64,000 nt of DNA from Bdellovibrionota bacterium FG-1 (GCA_051382295.1 JBBCAW010000012.1:128001-192000), one strand, 5' to 3'; positions 38,912 to 48,614 are shown, counted from the first letter of the stretch. Notes: a model not told the origin generated them from the sequence alone. Numbers and translations are program-made.

Positions 38912-39453
38912 TTAGTGCTGAGGCAAAGCTGGAGCTTTCTGCGGCGCCAGTTTGCCGTTGAGACTATTTAGAAAGGCGACAATGTCTTTCACTTCCTGCT
39001 CTACCAAGTGGTGGTCGGGCATTCCCATTTCAACAGGGTTGACTATCGGGCCTTTGGCTTGCTCTTCGAGGCTCGGTGCGCGTCCGTCCCAAAATTGCAC
39101 AGACCGAAACGCGGCATTGAGAACCGTTGGCGAATTGCGACCGCCCAGCTTTCCTTCGTGCCCGGTGGAGAGGGGTTTTCCATCTGTTCCCCCCGTGGAT
39201 GAAGTCACATCATGACAATAATTACATGAAAGCGATTGATTAACAGAAAGACGCTTCTCAAAAAAAGTTTGTGTCCGAGTGCCACTTTTTCAGGCGTCAA
39301 AGGATTATCCGCCGGACTGGGCACCTGCGTCGGAAACAGAACGCGAATACCTTGCATCTCGGTTTGGGCGGGAGCCGTCAGCGCATTGAGCAATCCAGTG
39401 ACGACTACAAAAGCAAGGCAATACGGCCGATAGCAAGTGTTCGTGAAGGTCAT
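38912..39453 (-). pseudogene. Di-heme cytochrome c peroxidase (CcpA/MauG family) relic: frameshift plus large internal deletion
   Basis: DNPLTPEKVALGHKLF, a frameshift in an A7 run (39260-39266), then EKRLS...SCNYCH...RNSPTVLNA...QFWDGRAPSLEEQAKGPIVNPVEMG, jumping directly to the C-terminal DIVAFLNSL. The second heme domain is absent. Confidence 0.85.
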
Positions 39454-39505
39454 GTCGCGCTTAAAATCTGAAGATGCAAATGAAAAGCGAGACTGACGTC
39501 CGTAG

Positions 39506-40429
39506 TTATTCTTGCGCGATGTTTCTCGCCTCAGTTGGACGAATTTGATCGGCCAGACTAAGGATTGTTGAGACGTAGGCTTCGCTATGATTGTATTCTT
39601 TCAGTGCTTGTCTTTGAAGGGGGGCTTCCTTTCCCCAACCATGAGAACTTAAAAAATTTCCTACGCTCCGAATTGCATCACGCGTGTTGAAGAGATTGAT
39701 TGGATTATTTGGGGTTCGGCCTTTGGCCCATTTGAGGTAACTGCTCGGAATAAATTGCGGTATTCCGAACGCGCCGGCGTATGATCCTTTGGTGTGAAAG
39801 AGATTGGTCAGGTGCCTGGCCTGAATCTCTTCGATAGCCATGAGTTCGTTGGTGGCCCACTCCGCTTTTTTTGCCGAAACAGTCTTCACTTTTTCAACGA
39901 GTTGGGGGTATTGAGGATCCGTTGCCGGAATTTCCTCACGCAAGACTTCTAATGTTTTTTCGATCATGGCGGGTTGGTCAGCCATGGCAAGATTAAGGAA
40001 AACACTGGGTAAATGGTATTTTCCAGTCATTTTTCCGTGTCTGGTTTCAACCCAAAGTAGGGCTGCAATCACCTCGGGGCGAACGCCATTTTCTTTTTCA
40101 ATTTGGACTAGAAGTCTATTGTTGATGTGTAAAAAAATTTTGCATTTATGGATGGCGGTATCGTCGATATGGCCGGAGTAATCGGGCTTGAGGCGAAAAC
40201 CGAAAACATTACCCAGGACTACGCGTTCTTGGATTCGTGAGTCGACGCGGGCTTTCAGTTGGCGAATGAATTTTGGCTTTGCACCTTTGGCCTCAAGTTT
40301 TTGAAGGGCATAGCTGTAGTCGAGTTTAACGATTGGGGCCGGAGTATTTTTGGATTTGGCCCAAAGGTTGGTCCCATCTAATGAAAGCAAAATGGAAATC
40401 AGAAAGAGAGAAAACTTTTTCTTTACCAC
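39506..40429 (-). CDS. Lytic murein transglycosylase B-like (SLT_2 family)
   Basis: IAALLWVETRHG; GSYAGAFGIPQFIPSSY; DAIRSVGNFL; YNHSEAYV. Confidence 0.88.
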   Translation of the reverse strand: MVKKKFSLFLISILLSLDGTNLWAKSKNTPAPIVKLDYSYALQKLEAKGAKPKFIRQLKARVDSRIQERVVLGNVFGFRLKPDYSGHIDDTAIHKCKIFLHINNRLLVQIEKENGVRPEVIAALLWVETRHGKMTGKYHLPSVFLNLAMADQPAMIEKTLEVLREEIPATDPQYPQLVEKVKTVSAKKAEWATNELMAIEEIQARHLTNLFHTKGSYAGAFGIPQFIPSSYLKWAKGRTPNNPINLFNTRDAIRSVGNFLSSHGWGKEAPLQRQALKEYNHSEAYVSTILSLADQIRPTEARNIAQE

Positions 40430-40471
40430 TTTATCAGTCTATCGGAATGAACCTCTTGGTCAATCCTTGTT

Positions 40472-42028
40472 CTACCAATTGCCCAATTCGGTGGGTGACG
40501 GCGTGACCCAAAGAGCGGATCCTGAACTGGATTTTCGAAATTCAATCCAGGGTGATTGAATACCTTCAGTCTGCGATCGAGGAATTGCCGCCCATTTTTC
40601 GGCTTCGGGATTTAAAAGGAGAATGTCGTCAGGGTTTTGACGAAAAGCGTGGCCTGCTTGAAATGCAGGAAGGGTGAGAGGGTCCATTGGACAAAGCACC
40701 ACAAAGTGTCCGTTGGGGTGAATCATCAGACGGCCTCTGTCGGGGACAAGGTCAGTCACCCACTCAGGCAGGGGGGGCCAAGCTTTTGGACCGGCCGGAG
40801 TGAGGCCATCTGTGTTGTCCGTCGGAATCTGCAAACTGCGCGAATACCGCAAAAGCACGGCGCTATTGAGCGAAGGCTTTTGAGCCTTCATCAGCGCGAG
40901 GGTTCCGGCGAGCAAAGCGCTAGCCGTGGATGAACCTCTGACCGTGGTACCATTCGAAAACGAAACCACTGAAGCATCGATGACGACATCGGGTTTGATT
41001 CGACCGTCTGCAGTCATTCCACGAGAGGAGATAGTAAAATCCTCCCCCACAGTTAATACGTTTGGATTATCCGCTGGGGCAAAGATTTCGGCTGAGGACG
41101 TGGGATTCGTTAGCGTCGCAGAACCCGGTTGGCGGGGTTCAAGAAGAACTCGAAATCGGTCGTTTGCTTCAAAGTTGCCTGACTTATCCTGAACAGAAAT
41201 GCGGTAGGTGCCTCGTTCCAAGCTTTGTAACGTGAGCGACTCGCGGGCGTAGCTCGATAACGACGAAGTACCGGAAGCGGGGGGAGCTTCGCCTCTTTGA
41301 ATGAGCTCTGATTTTGCTACAACTTTATTTTGGCTATCGTAGACATACAGGTCGAGGTCTTTATTGGTGCTGTAATTTTCGGAGGCGCGAAAATCGGTCC
41401 AGCTGAGGGTAATAGTGATTTCGTTTTCATCTAGAGTGTTTTTGAATTCAATGTCAGTGTTTGGAGCGATCTTTGCCTCGTGGACCATCTCGCCAAAATT
41501 ACCTGCGGCATTAATCCAGACGACGCCCGCTTGAGTCGCTTTGTTGACCGCTTCGTTGATAAAACCCGTGCCATCAAAATTACTTCCGAAAGGCCAAACT
41601 TGGGCATAGAGGACGATATCGATGTGTTCTTGGAGAACAAAATCGACTGCAGCCTTAAAGTTGGTAAATCCATTGGTGTTGACGAGGTAAAAGTGTGGGC
41701 CTTCGGGGTGCTTGCCCGTCATTGCCCAAACGATTTCGGCCATTCCAAGTCCGTGATTGCTGGGCGCCTGAGCGTTTCCTGGGCCAGCGACAAAAATCGC
41801 CGACTCTGGAAGTTGTCCTTTTCCAGAGTCAAAACCAGAAAAGCCATTATCTAATATCGCAATCTTCAGGGCTGAGAGCGAAGAGGGTGGGGGTGTGTAG
41901 AGCTGCAGCCCTAACTGTTCCCTTAAATGGGCGATGTTGGTGATTTCAGTTGCACCATGAGCATCGGGCAGTCCCACACACGACAAGACCCCAAAAACGA
42001 AAGAAAGAATCGGATAGCGAAACATCAT
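40472..42028 (-). CDS. Secreted S8 (subtilisin-like) serine peptidase with an inserted beta-sandwich
   Basis: Signal peptide; triad motifs AILDNGF, NHGLGMA, GSSTASA; oxyanion NAAGN; RIKPDV. Confidence 0.85.
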   Translation of the reverse strand: MMFRYPILSFVFGVLSCVGLPDAHGATEITNIAHLREQLGLQLYTPPPSSLSALKIAILDNGFSGFDSGKGQLPESAIFVAGPGNAQAPSNHGLGMAEIVWAMTGKHPEGPHFYLVNTNGFTNFKAAVDFVLQEHIDIVLYAQVWPFGSNFDGTGFINEAVNKATQAGVVWINAAGNFGEMVHEAKIAPNTDIEFKNTLDENEITITLSWTDFRASENYSTNKDLDLYVYDSQNKVVAKSELIQRGEAPPASGTSSLSSYARESLTLQSLERGTYRISVQDKSGNFEANDRFRVLLEPRQPGSATLTNPTSSAEIFAPADNPNVLTVGEDFTISSRGMTADGRIKPDVVIDASVVSFSNGTTVRGSSTASALLAGTLALMKAQKPSLNSAVLLRYSRSLQIPTDNTDGLTPAGPKAWPPLPEWVTDLVPDRGRLMIHPNGHFVVLCPMDPLTLPAFQAGHAFRQNPDDILLLNPEAEKWAAIPRSQTEGIQSPWIEFRKSSSGSALWVTPSPTELGNW

Positions 42029-42084
42029 TGAGCACCCCAGATGGGGAGTAGATAGCTCTAATGACTTGTTGCGTCAAGACAAAA

Positions 42085-42513
42085 TCAATACCAGTAATAG
42101 TAGTAGTAGCTATAGCCTCGGGAGTACCAGCTGTAAGAGGGGTAGTAATTCCAAGTGTAGCCGGCTCTCCAGTAACTGTAATAATAGCTGCCGATGTAGG
42201 ATGGAGCGTACCAATAGTACCAAGCTTCGCTCGACGAGCTGCGATCAAGTTCGCTGGAAGGTGCGACTTTTGCGATCCGGTTCTCATCTTTGGCAAATTG
42301 GGTTGCCGCTTCGGAGGCCTGGGCGTCACTGTTCACTTTTGCCGATACATCAGCTTTAAAAAACTCGACCGTGCCGCTGGCGTCTTTGCGAACCACTAGC
42401 CCATGAGGGGCTGCGGCACTGGTGCGATCCAATTCACTACTGGCAAATACTGATGCAGCTCCCAAGGTTGAGAGGATGAACATCGTCAAAGTTCCAATTT
42501 TAGTCAGGCTCAT
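42085..42513 (-). CDS. Secreted 142-aa precursor-like protein with a Tyr/Trp-rich C-terminal 45-mer
   Basis: RBS GAAGGAG; signal peptide ending SVFA; SSELDR(T/S)S twice; C-terminus WYYWYAPSYIGSYYYSYWRAGYTWNYYPSYSWYSRGYSYYYYYWY. Confidence 0.85.
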   Translation of the reverse strand: MSLTKIGTLTMFILSTLGAASVFASSELDRTSAAAPHGLVVRKDASGTVEFFKADVSAKVNSDAQASEAATQFAKDENRIAKVAPSSELDRSSSSEAWYYWYAPSYIGSYYYSYWRAGYTWNYYPSYSWYSRGYSYYYYYWY

Positions 42514-42674
42514 GGTAACAACTCCTTCAAAATAGGCACCCAAAAGTGTCTAGAAATATTCAATGAGCACTCGATAATATGTTTGGCAGCATTTGGCAAG
42601 TAAAACGAAATAGCGCAACGCGTCAATTTAAGGAAAGTTGCTTTTGTACGGCGATTGAGTCATCTTCACTGACG

Positions 42675-43748
42675 ATGCCGAATCAGCCGAAAATCAAACT
42701 GTTTCGTCAGGACGGGTGCCTGTCCTATTTTATTTTTGATCCGGGCTCGCGAGAGCTGATGGTGATCGATGCGCGCGCCGATTTGATGGAATCCTATCGG
42801 ACCGTGATTGCTGAAGACCGTCTTAAGCCCGTGTACTTTGTAGACACAAGACTTCACTCTCATCACCTTTCGGGAACCCATCTTTTGGCCGCTGAATTTG
42901 GCGCGCCCATTGCCATGGGGGCGAAAACGAAGTCGGCTCGGCCGACCAGGTTATGGGTCGATCGCGAGAAGATTCGCTTGGGCGAATATGAATTGGAAGT
43001 CATCGAGTTGCCGGGCATTTCTGCTGACGCCATTGGGTTGTTTTTGAATTCGCAGATTCTTTTTTGTGGAGACGCAGTCCATCTTGGGGCGTCTGCCCGG
43101 CTGGACTTGTCCGGGACGGATCCTGCTGCGTTTTGGCATACTTTGAAAAAGGGAGTCGGCTCACTTCCCGAAGAGACCCTTTTGATGCCCGCGCATGAGG
43201 CGGATGGCCGGATATTTTCCACGATAAAAATGGAGAAAGAAAAAAATCCAGACTGGAAGATGGCTGATTTGGAAGCCTTTTTACGATTTAAGGCCGAGGA
43301 GCGTGGCAGGTTGGATGGCGCAATTCAGAATCGCATCGATTACAATTTGCAAAAAATGCCCCTAGAAACCCAAGAAAGCCATTTTGGCGGAGTGGCCAAT
43401 CATGTGGGGAATGGGGAAAATGGAAATCGGGTCGCCACGATCAGCGTGGATAAATTAGCGCAAAAGCTGAAGAAACAATCTTCTGGGGTTTGTTATTTGG
43501 ATGTTCGCGAACCGAGCGAATATGCGGAGGGGCATATTGAAGGGACTCTTCATATTCCGCTTGCGGAGGTGGCCCTTCATCTTGAGGAGCTTCGGTCTTT
43601 GTGTCGCATTTATGTGATCTGTCGAAGTGGTCGACGAAGCGAGGCCATTGCGAAAACCCTGGATTATCTTGGATTTCCAGATGTGGTGAATGTCACGGGC
43701 GGAATTCAGGCCTGGGAAAACGCCGGGTATCAGCTTAAGACAAAGTAG
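42675..43748 (+). CDS. MBL-fold (persulfide dioxygenase-like) plus rhodanese fusion
   Basis: GCLSY, DTRLHSHHLSG, FCGD, LPEETLLMPAH; rhodanese LDVREPSEYAEGHIEG...CRSGRRS...GGIQAW. Confidence 0.85.
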   Translation: MPNQPKIKLFRQDGCLSYFIFDPGSRELMVIDARADLMESYRTVIAEDRLKPVYFVDTRLHSHHLSGTHLLAAEFGAPIAMGAKTKSARPTRLWVDREKIRLGEYELEVIELPGISADAIGLFLNSQILFCGDAVHLGASARLDLSGTDPAAFWHTLKKGVGSLPEETLLMPAHEADGRIFSTIKMEKEKNPDWKMADLEAFLRFKAEERGRLDGAIQNRIDYNLQKMPLETQESHFGGVANHVGNGENGNRVATISVDKLAQKLKKQSSGVCYLDVREPSEYAEGHIEGTLHIPLAEVALHLEELRSLCRIYVICRSGRRSEAIAKTLDYLGFPDVVNVTGGIQAWENAGYQLKTK

Positions 43749-43978
43749 CTTTGATTTTACAAATCACAGCGATGAATGCCATCAACTGCCGCACCTAGGC
43801 AGCAAATGCCACTTGCTCAAAGAATGAGCTCACAGCGATGTGGGTATTCACTCCTTAGATAGGGTTGCTTGGTTAGTTTATACTGTAAAAATATATACTT
43901 ACGCATTAACTTGACATAAATGGTCCAGTAATGTAACTTGCCTCAGCTTTAGAGATTCTTAAGCCATTGAGGTGAGAT

Positions 43979-45985
43979 GTGTTGAATTCAAAAGGGCCGC
44001 GGATTTTCGGAGAATTGCTCGGTACGGTCTTAAAAACAATTTTTGGCGTGTTGGCCGCCTTATTAACCTCGGTCATTATCCAGGAAATTTTTATTTACCC
44101 GGCTTTTTCCGCGGGCGAAAGTCATTGTACTTCGTTGGGCTCGCCCGGCCCAAAAAAGTTATCCTTTTGCGTGGATGAGGAAGAGCAGACCGCGATCGAA
44201 AAAGAGATCGCCGATTGCGGCGGTGATGTTCATCGATTTGTCGCGCAGATGGAGATTCACGCTAAGGCCGCAAAATTGGCTTATTCGGACGCGCTCAAAA
44301 ATATGGATCCGACCGTGCGCGCGGCCGTGGCCTTTGCTTGTCGGGGGTTTGAGCATAAAGACTTGATGCTTCGGACTTCATGTTATCGAGATGCGCTCGA
44401 CGCGATGGAAGAAGATGCGGAGAAAGTGCAGCAGATGTACTTTTCGTCCGATCCTTCTGATGCGGTTGCGGCAGAGAATCTTTTGAATGAACTTCGGACG
44501 CCGGATGTGTTGGGAAATAGTCATTTTATGGGAACGATCATCGCTGAGCAGTGTGGGATCACCCATCCTGAAAATGATTGCTTCGATTATAACGTCAGTG
44601 CGCTTTATCACCAATTGATCGATGCCTATAATCAGATGTCCGCATCGGCTGATTCGATGGCCCAGTGGAGTGTCTTGAGCGCCAGATGTGGCGAAAAATT
44701 GGGCACAGAAGTTTGTAACTCGACTCGTCCTTTTGGAGTCGGTGATTTTGTTCCGGCCAATGCGGATGAAATTAGATATGCCCCTCGTTATGCTCTGCCG
44801 GGGCTTCATGGGGTTTTTAATTCACCTGTTCGTGTGCAAAAGAAAGAGCCGCGAGTTTATGGAACCGAAGAAAAAACTCGGACAAAATCTAAGAAAACAA
44901 AAAAAGCTAAAAACTTATCGAAGAAACAAGAGGAGATGAACGCCGGTAATTCGGGTACTCCAGGCAAAAAAGCCCCCCCCAAAAAGAAGACCAAAGCGAA
45001 AGTTGTGGCACCCAAAGTTACGTCGCCTAAAGCCACCACGCCTAAAAAACCGGCCAATGGAGTCAAGGGAACTCCGACTGTCAAACCGACCGCAGCGCCC
45101 ATAGCACCGACCGCAGCGCCCATAGCACCGACCGCAGCGCCCATAGCACCGACCGCAGCGCCCATAGCACCGACCGCAGCGCCCATAGCACCGACCGCAG
45201 CGCCCATAGCACCGACCGCAGCGCCCATAGCACCGACCGCAGCGCCCATAGCACCGACCGCAGCGCCCATAGCACCGACCGCAGCGCCCATAGCACCGAC
45301 CGCAGCGCCCGTAGCACCGACTGCGGCGCCCATAGCACCGACTGCGGCGCCCATAGCACCAACTGCGGCACCCGTAGCACCAACACCCAATGTAGGTGGC
45401 ACGGCCCTGGGGACAGAACCCGGTAAACAGGGGATAGGCTTGGGGATGGGGGATATGGCGAACGAGCCGAAACTGGATTGTTCGGAGTCTGGAATTGAAA
45501 AATATCGCGACGAGACACGACTTGACCCACGAATGGGCATTGTTTTTCAGGCAAGAATATTGGCCGCGCAAGAAAAACTCTATGCTTGCGATGTGCGCAC
45601 TCTTTATTCAGATGTTCCTCAGGCCGTGTTTTTGGCGCGTCAAGGTATGCGCCTGGTCAGGATCGCTGAAAGTCTCACCAAATTTACTACTCTGTGTGGT
45701 GTGGTTAGTCAGGAATTGACTGGCATGGCTTCGGATTTAGAGAAATTGCAAAGCGTGGCGCCTTCGACTGAATTAACTGCCTTTGCTCAAGATCTCTTGG
45801 ATATCAAGAGTAAGGGCTGTGACGGGGTGAATGTCTTGATTGATGACAACAACCCAGAAGGTCTAGCGCTGCAACGTAAGTATCAGCGGGATTTTTGTGC
45901 CTTCAAGAGATCGATTGAACAGACTAAGCCTGGGGCGACGAGTGGAATCTCGGGCTATTTATTGCCGAGAGGTGGCTGTCGGTAG
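43979..45985 (+). CDS. Hypothetical secreted protein: two Cys-rich domains joined by a Lys-rich and PTAAPIA-repeat linker
   Basis: 668-aa ORF with an N-terminal hydrophobic segment and a 14 x 7-aa repeat. Confidence 0.8.
   Translation: MLNSKGPRIFGELLGTVLKTIFGVLAALLTSVIIQEIFIYPAFSAGESHCTSLGSPGPKKLSFCVDEEEQTAIEKEIADCGGDVHRFVAQMEIHAKAAKLAYSDALKNMDPTVRAAVAFACRGFEHKDLMLRTSCYRDALDAMEEDAEKVQQMYFSSDPSDAVAAENLLNELRTPDVLGNSHFMGTIIAEQCGITHPENDCFDYNVSALYHQLIDAYNQMSASADSMAQWSVLSARCGEKLGTEVCNSTRPFGVGDFVPANADEIRYAPRYALPGLHGVFNSPVRVQKKEPRVYGTEEKTRTKSKKTKKAKNLSKKQEEMNAGNSGTPGKKAPPKKKTKAKVVAPKVTSPKATTPKKPANGVKGTPTVKPTAAPIAPTAAPIAPTAAPIAPTAAPIAPTAAPIAPTAAPIAPTAAPIAPTAAPIAPTAAPIAPTAAPIAPTAAPVAPTAAPIAPTAAPIAPTAAPVAPTPNVGGTALGTEPGKQGIGLGMGDMANEPKLDCSESGIEKYRDETRLDPRMGIVFQARILAAQEKLYACDVRTLYSDVPQAVFLARQGMRLVRIAESLTKFTTLCGVVSQELTGMASDLEKLQSVAPSTELTAFAQDLLDIKSKGCDGVNVLIDDNNPEGLALQRKYQRDFCAFKRSIEQTKPGATSGISGYLLPRGGCR
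45086..45379 (+). repeat. Coding VNTR, 14 x 21 bp (PTAAP[I/V]A)
   Basis: First 10 units are identical CCGACCGCAGCGCCCATAGCA; the last 4 have diverged. Confidence 0.95.
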
Positions 45986-46034
45986 AAGGTGTTTGCCAAG
46001 TGGATCTTTTTTTGATTAGAAAAAGACCACGCAT

Positions 46035-47180
46035 ATGGCAAAGGCCTCATTAGAAATTTCGCGGGTTGTTGAGGAGTTGGAGAGGCTTGCTCCTTCCGGG
46101 ACCTCTGAAAAATGGGATAACACAGGGCTGCTGGTGGGTGATCCGTGTTGGCGTACCGCCGGCGCAGTGATTTCCGTAGATCTAACTGCCAAAGCCATCG
46201 AGACCGCGGTGAAGCGCGGTTATCGACTGATTGTGACTCATCACCCCTGCATTTTTCCGAAAAGTCGAGGCCTCCAGCGGTTGGTTCCTGGGCCAAGATC
46301 GGGGATTTCTTCGTTGGTCTTTGAAGCTATTCGTCAGGGAATCGCCGTGGCCTGCTATCACACTAACTTTGATCAATGTGCTCTTGAGGTCGTGAATACC
46401 GTTTCAGAGGGCTTGGGAGTGGTGCCTCGGGGGCGTTTTTTGGATTCTTTTGATGCTGTGTTGATTAAGATGGTGGTTTTTGTTCCAGAGTCTCATGCTG
46501 AAAAGGTTCGAGACGCGTTGATTCAGGCAGGGGCTGGGCATATTGGTCATTATGATTCTTGTACGTTTGGGACTTGGGGTGAGGGAACTTTTCGCGGAAG
46601 AGAGGGAACCCATCCCTTTCTTGGAAAACCCGGCCAGCTTGAAAAGGTAAGAGAATTAAGGCTGGAGACGGTTTTCCCTAAGGGCCTGAAGAAATCCATC
46701 TTGAGTGCTCTGCGATCAGCCCATCCTTATGAGGAAATCGCCTACGATCTTTATCTTTTAGACCAGGTGCCGTCTGGTTTAGGGGTTGTTCGAGGACTGG
46801 GTTATGGTTTTTGGGGTGATTTTATATCTGAGAAGTCCTTTTCAGAAGTGGCTAGGTGTGTTAAAAGGTTTCTTAATGTGAATGGGTTCTGGCTAACTGA
46901 CCCCACTCCAAAACGTGTCAAACGTCTCGCTTTTGTAGCTGGCAAGGGGGCTTCTTTTGTTGAAGCAGCAGCTTTGGCTGGTTGTGATTTAATGATCACG
47001 GGCGAGGTCGGTTATCACTCGGCATTGGATGGCGCCCGAAAAGGGATGGCCATTTTGGAATTGGGCCATCGCGAGAGCGAGATCTTTTTCATTCAAACGA
47101 TGAAAGATTGGTTGTCTCGGATGGGACTTCGGGTAGTTGGCTTGAACTTGCGCACGCAAACCATTGTTACGGGGAGGTAA
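46035..47180 (+). CDS. Nif3-like dinuclear metal-centre protein (YbgI/YqfO type with PII-like insert)
   Basis: WDNTGLLVG, THHP, HTNFD, GAGHIGHYDSC, HPYEE, ITGE, GHRESE. Confidence 0.92.
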   Translation: MAKASLEISRVVEELERLAPSGTSEKWDNTGLLVGDPCWRTAGAVISVDLTAKAIETAVKRGYRLIVTHHPCIFPKSRGLQRLVPGPRSGISSLVFEAIRQGIAVACYHTNFDQCALEVVNTVSEGLGVVPRGRFLDSFDAVLIKMVVFVPESHAEKVRDALIQAGAGHIGHYDSCTFGTWGEGTFRGREGTHPFLGKPGQLEKVRELRLETVFPKGLKKSILSALRSAHPYEEIAYDLYLLDQVPSGLGVVRGLGYGFWGDFISEKSFSEVARCVKRFLNVNGFWLTDPTPKRVKRLAFVAGKGASFVEAAALAGCDLMITGEVGYHSALDGARKGMAILELGHRESEIFFIQTMKDWLSRMGLRVVGLNLRTQTIVTGR

Positions 47181-47185
47181 TTGGA

Positions 47186-47932
47186 GTGAGTCATACGTTG
47201 CCATTGAAGGACCAGCTCAAGGCCTTGGAGCACGTTCAGGAGATCGATCTTCAGATTGATCAATTGAAGAAAAATAAGGGGACTCTTCCTGCTAGTTTGA
47301 AGGCCCTGGATGATCAGCTCGGTAAGCTGAATGCAACTGTCACCTTAAAGAAGGTAGCAATCGGCGAAATTGAAAAAACTCAGCGTCAGACTGCAGCGGC
47401 GTTGGAGTTAACGCGTGATCGTTTGAGTCGTTCCACGACGCGGTTGGAAAGCGTTCAAAATTCGCAAGAATATCAGGCCGCCAATAAAGAAATCGATCAG
47501 CTTCGTAAGCAACAGGAATCGCTAGACGAGCAGTCTAAAAAATCGTTAAAGGATATGGAAACGATTCATAAAGACCTGGCTGACATCGAAGTGAATATGG
47601 GAAAGGTCCAGGCGGAAAGGGATGCCCAGGCTTCCGTGTTAACGGGGCAAACCGGAAAAATGGAAAGTGAAATTCAAGGGCTTCTCCAAGACCGGGCTAA
47701 ATTTCAGCCCAAAATTGACCCTCGGACTCTCTCTCAATATGATCGGGTTCGAGTAGCTCGTAATGGTATAGGTATTGTTCCAGCAATTGCCGGTCGCTGT
47801 AAGGGCTGCAATATGATGGTGCCGGCTCAGCAATTTAATGAAATCCAGAGGGGGAACGCGCTTCATAGCTGTCCAAGTTGTCATCGGTTGCTTTTTGCGC
47901 CGACGGCTGGAGAGCCAGTTCAATTATCGTAA
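47186..47932 (+). CDS. Coiled-coil protein with a C4-type zinc ribbon (DUF164-like)
   Basis: RBS GGGAGG; long coiled coil; CKGCNM...CPSCHRLL. Confidence 0.9.
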   Translation: MSHTLPLKDQLKALEHVQEIDLQIDQLKKNKGTLPASLKALDDQLGKLNATVTLKKVAIGEIEKTQRQTAAALELTRDRLSRSTTRLESVQNSQEYQAANKEIDQLRKQQESLDEQSKKSLKDMETIHKDLADIEVNMGKVQAERDAQASVLTGQTGKMESEIQGLLQDRAKFQPKIDPRTLSQYDRVRVARNGIGIVPAIAGRCKGCNMMVPAQQFNEIQRGNALHSCPSCHRLLFAPTAGEPVQLS

Positions 47933-47934
47933 AG

Positions 47935-48411
47935 TTCTGCGCAGGACGGGCGATCGCTGGCGCCGCGCCTTTACGGGCTGCAGTGCGGGAGGAAAGTCCG
48001 GGCTCCATTAAGCAAGGTACTGGCTAACGGCCAGGCAGGGGATTCGCGAGGATCTCTGGACGGAAAGTGCAACAGAAAACAAACCGCCCAGATTATTGGA
48101 GTTTACTTCGATGAACTGGGTAAGGGCGAAACGGTGGGGTAAGAGCCCACCGCACCTTTGGTGACAAAGGTGGCACGGCAAACCCTACCTGGAGCAAGGT
48201 CAAATAGGGGGGCGTTTCCCTCTCGCTGCGACGGTGAGCATAGCTCGCTGGCGCGGCAAAAAGAGGGGACAAGGTCGGCTCGACCGATGCCTCCGGGTAA
48301 GACCGCTTGAACGCCGCAGTAATGCGGAGTCTAGAGGAATGGTCGCCTCCAACCGAGGAGCGAAAGTTTTTCGGTTGAAGACAGAACCCGGCTTACAGTC
48401 CTGTGCAGGAA
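47935..48411 (+). ncRNA. rnpB: RNase P RNA (bacterial type A)
   Basis: GAGGAAAGTCCGGGCTCCA, GGAAAGTGCAACAGAAAAC, GGGTAAGAGCCCACC, GGCAAACCC, ACAGAACCCGGCTTA; P1 CTGCGCAGGAC pairs with GTCCTGTGCAG. Confidence 0.96.
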
Positions 48412-48524
48412 TTCTAAAAAAAGAGGGTCGGGGTCGTCCATCCTAGGACTCCGCGCAAAAACGCGCATCCTGCGCGCGCGGATCCCCTCTCTCTTTTTTT
48501 AGAATTCCTTATGTGGGACCCGGG
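48407..48524 (-). mobile_element. Dispersed structured element, copy B (abuts the rnpB 3' end)
   Basis: Reverse complement of the copy A core; flanked by a perfect 19-bp inverted repeat (48407-48425 / 48491-48509); CCCGGgtCCCACAT motif at 48511-48524 on the minus strand. Confidence 0.7.
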
Positions 48525-48614
48525 AGGCGGGCTTAGAGTACGGGCGTTTGTCATGTGGCCACTCGAAATGATCGCCATTTGCGAATGGTATTTTCTGCGG
48601 TACATCTTGATTGA

